From assembly GCA_002783105.1 (NCBI GenBank), contig PFJN01000044.1, forward strand, positions 1-44,118: a stretch of 44,118 nt of DNA, given 5' to 3'. The stretch comes from Candidatus Pacebacteria bacterium CG_4_10_14_3_um_filter_34_15. Its GTDB lineage: Bacteria > Patescibacteriota > Microgenomatia > UBA1400 > PJMF01. Positions 42,785-44,118 of the stretch are shown here, one piece after another. A program made the position numbers and the translations under genes. Position 1 is the stretch's first letter, and each line of letters starts with the position of its first letter. A model generated the notes under the pieces. The model did no database searches, had not been told where the DNA came from, and worked only from the letters and a program-made list of their open reading frames with translations.

Positions 42785-44118
42785 ATGAGTAAAAAAGTAT
42801 TACTTTTTTTGGTTTTGTTATTTGGTATTTTCTCCATTAATGTGAATGGTGTTTATGCTCAAGAAACAGAAGAGCCTCCTGCAACAGAAGAACCTTTAGA
42901 AAAAGCTAAGCCTTGGGGACCAACATATGACCAAGATCAAATAGATAACTACAGAGATGCAATAAAAATGGATAATTGTGCGACCCCATCTTTAGAATGT
43001 CTAGTTCATCAAACCTCAAGATTTGTAGCCATCGAATGGGTCAATAGTATCATATATCCAGGTTCAACAGGCATAGCAGATGCAGGATCAAAAGATTCCA
43101 AAGTTGCAACACAGCAAGGTGGTTTTGTTAACGGAATTACTTATCTAATTGGAGAAATGTATCGTTATCCAGCTGCAAGAACTTCTATTTATGTTGCCGA
43201 TGTACTTCAAAATGCTCATATTATCACCCCAGCCTACGCCCAAGGACTTGGGTTCGCATCTTTAAATCCGGTCTTAGACTTGTGGAAAATTTTTAGAAAC
43301 GTTTCTTACATGTTATTTATCATGATTTTTATAGTACTTGGATTCATGATAATGTTTAGACAAAAAATTGGCGGACAATCTGCAGTAACTGCTCAACAAG
43401 CTATTCCTAGTGTCATTGCAAGCTTAATCTTTGTAACTTTTTCATATGCAATTGCCGGTTTTCTAATAGATATGATGTACCTTCTAATGTTTATGATTAT
43501 TGGCATATTTGAACAAACAACTCCAGATATAAGTGGCAAAATCATGGATTTTGATATTTTAGAATTAATGGGACAATTAAATTCGAAAGTCGGAGTAACC
43601 ACTGGCGGATTTCAGAGTATTGATATTGTTAAAAATCTTATGGGATCAATGGTAGAAAGTGAAAAATTGGGAGAAACATTAGGAGTTGTTGGTGGCGTTA
43701 CTTTGTCACTCGTCTTGGCTGTGGCGATTTTGATTGGAACATTTAAATTATTTTTTGAATTATTAAAATCATACGCCATTGTTGTTTTATATGTTGTCAC
43801 TGCACCATTAATATTACTTGGGGGAGCTTTCCCTGGAAAAAATGTCTTCGGGCCTTGGATTAAAAATATAATTGCAAATCTGTCTGCTTTTCCAACAGTA
43901 TTGATGACAGTAATCTTATTTTATCAATTTACAAAAGAAGCTCCAACAACTGGTGGTTTTATCCCACCGTTTTTATTAGGAAGAGGCCAAGCCGACGCAA
44001 TCACCACTCTGATGGGTTTGGCAATTATTTTGGCATTGCCAGAAATCGTTAAAGATGTAAAGAAAAACCTGGGTGCTACTGAGGGATTTGGAACGATGGT
44101 ATTCAATGCGGCTGGTGC
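42785..44118 (+). CDS. VirB6/TrbL-like polytopic membrane protein (3' truncated by the window edge; absent from the ORF track)
   Basis: Hand translation MSKKVLLFLVLLFGIFSINVNGVYA|QE...PAYAQGLGFASLNPVLDLWKIFRNVSYMLF...GFMIMFRQKIGGQSAVTAQQAIPSVIASLIFVTFSYAIAGFLID...; further TMs follow and no stop was seen before the window end. Confidence 0.78.
   Translation, partial: MSKKVLLFLVLLFGIFSINVNGVYAQETEEPPATEEPLEKAKPWGPTYDQDQIDNYRDAIKMDNCATPSLECLVHQTSRFVAIEWVNSIIYPGSTGIADAGSKDSKVATQQGGFVNGITYLIGEMYRYPAARTSIYVADVLQNAHIITPAYAQGLGFASLNPVLDLWKIFRNVSYMLFIMIFIVLGFMIMFRQKIGGQSAVTAQQAIPSVIASLIFVTFSYAIAGFLIDMMYLLMFMIIGIFEQTTPDISGKIMDFDILELMGQLNSKVGVTTGGFQSIDIVKNLMGSMVESEKLGETLGVVGGVTLSLVLAVAILIGTFKLFFELLKSYAIVVLYVVTAPLILLGGAFPGKNVFGPWIKNIIANLSAFPTVLMTVILFYQFTKEAPTTGGFIPPFLLGRGQADAITTLMGLAIILALPEIVKDVKKNLGATEGFGTMVFNAAG

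Noticed and set aside
2351-44106. Many short 60-126 aa ORFs in the track (e.g. 2351-2533, 4303-4509, 5291-5488, 17868-18113, 26715-27026, 33289-33669, 38083-38454, 43393-44106)
   Set aside because: They lie antisense to or out of frame within well-supported genes, have no recognisable motifs, and read as shadow ORFs.
1-44118. CRISPR array, transposase, integrase, reverse transcriptase or prophage
   Set aside because: No regularly spaced repeats and no ORF with such motifs were seen. The tRNA 3' end points out of the window, so an integration site there cannot be assessed.
1-44118. Alternative genetic code (UGA=Gly, as in Gracilibacteria/Absconditabacteria)
   Set aside because: Long genes are intact in code 11, and TGA serves as the stop in clean ATGA overlaps (34341-34344, 34682-34685).

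Overview
AT-rich (roughly one-third GC by eye), densely packed bacterial chromosome segment read in genetic code 11. The gene content points to a Patescibacteria (CPR) genome, probably Microgenomates; this taxonomy is an inference. It rests on the arrayed VirB2/TrbC-like pilins, a VirD4/TraG-like ATPase, a VirB6-like protein, an ATP-dependent DNA ligase, stand-alone NnrD and RecF, and a mevalonate pathway. In order, the window holds: a tRNA-Ile with the rare UAU anticodon; a MacAB/YknXYZ-type ABC exporter; a minus-strand block (VirD4-like ATPase, DUF192, a broken GT-C glycosyltransferase, lgt, NagZ-like GH3, MFS, pth); two glycosyltransferases; ATP-dependent ligase, Fic, two type II TA modules, nnrD and recF; and a coiled-coil SpoIID/LytB protein. 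The most striking part is 23.6-44.1 kb. There, a ~10-kb minus-strand operon (ECF sigma factor, two small membrane proteins, a complete mosaic mevalonate pathway with an embedded SAM methyltransferase, and uppS) is sandwiched inside a plus-strand array of 9 genes carrying 10 pilin domains. The array is followed by a large Cys-rich exported protein and a VirB6-like gene that runs off the window. Other oddities: a decarboxylase with an Asp/Asn swap at conserved sites, pilins with h-region-less leaders and an internal AxA motif (possible polyprotein), three long structured intergenic elements, and many leaderless-type promoters. No CRISPR array, rRNA, transposase or integrase was seen. All calls come from reading motifs by eye; no searches were run.
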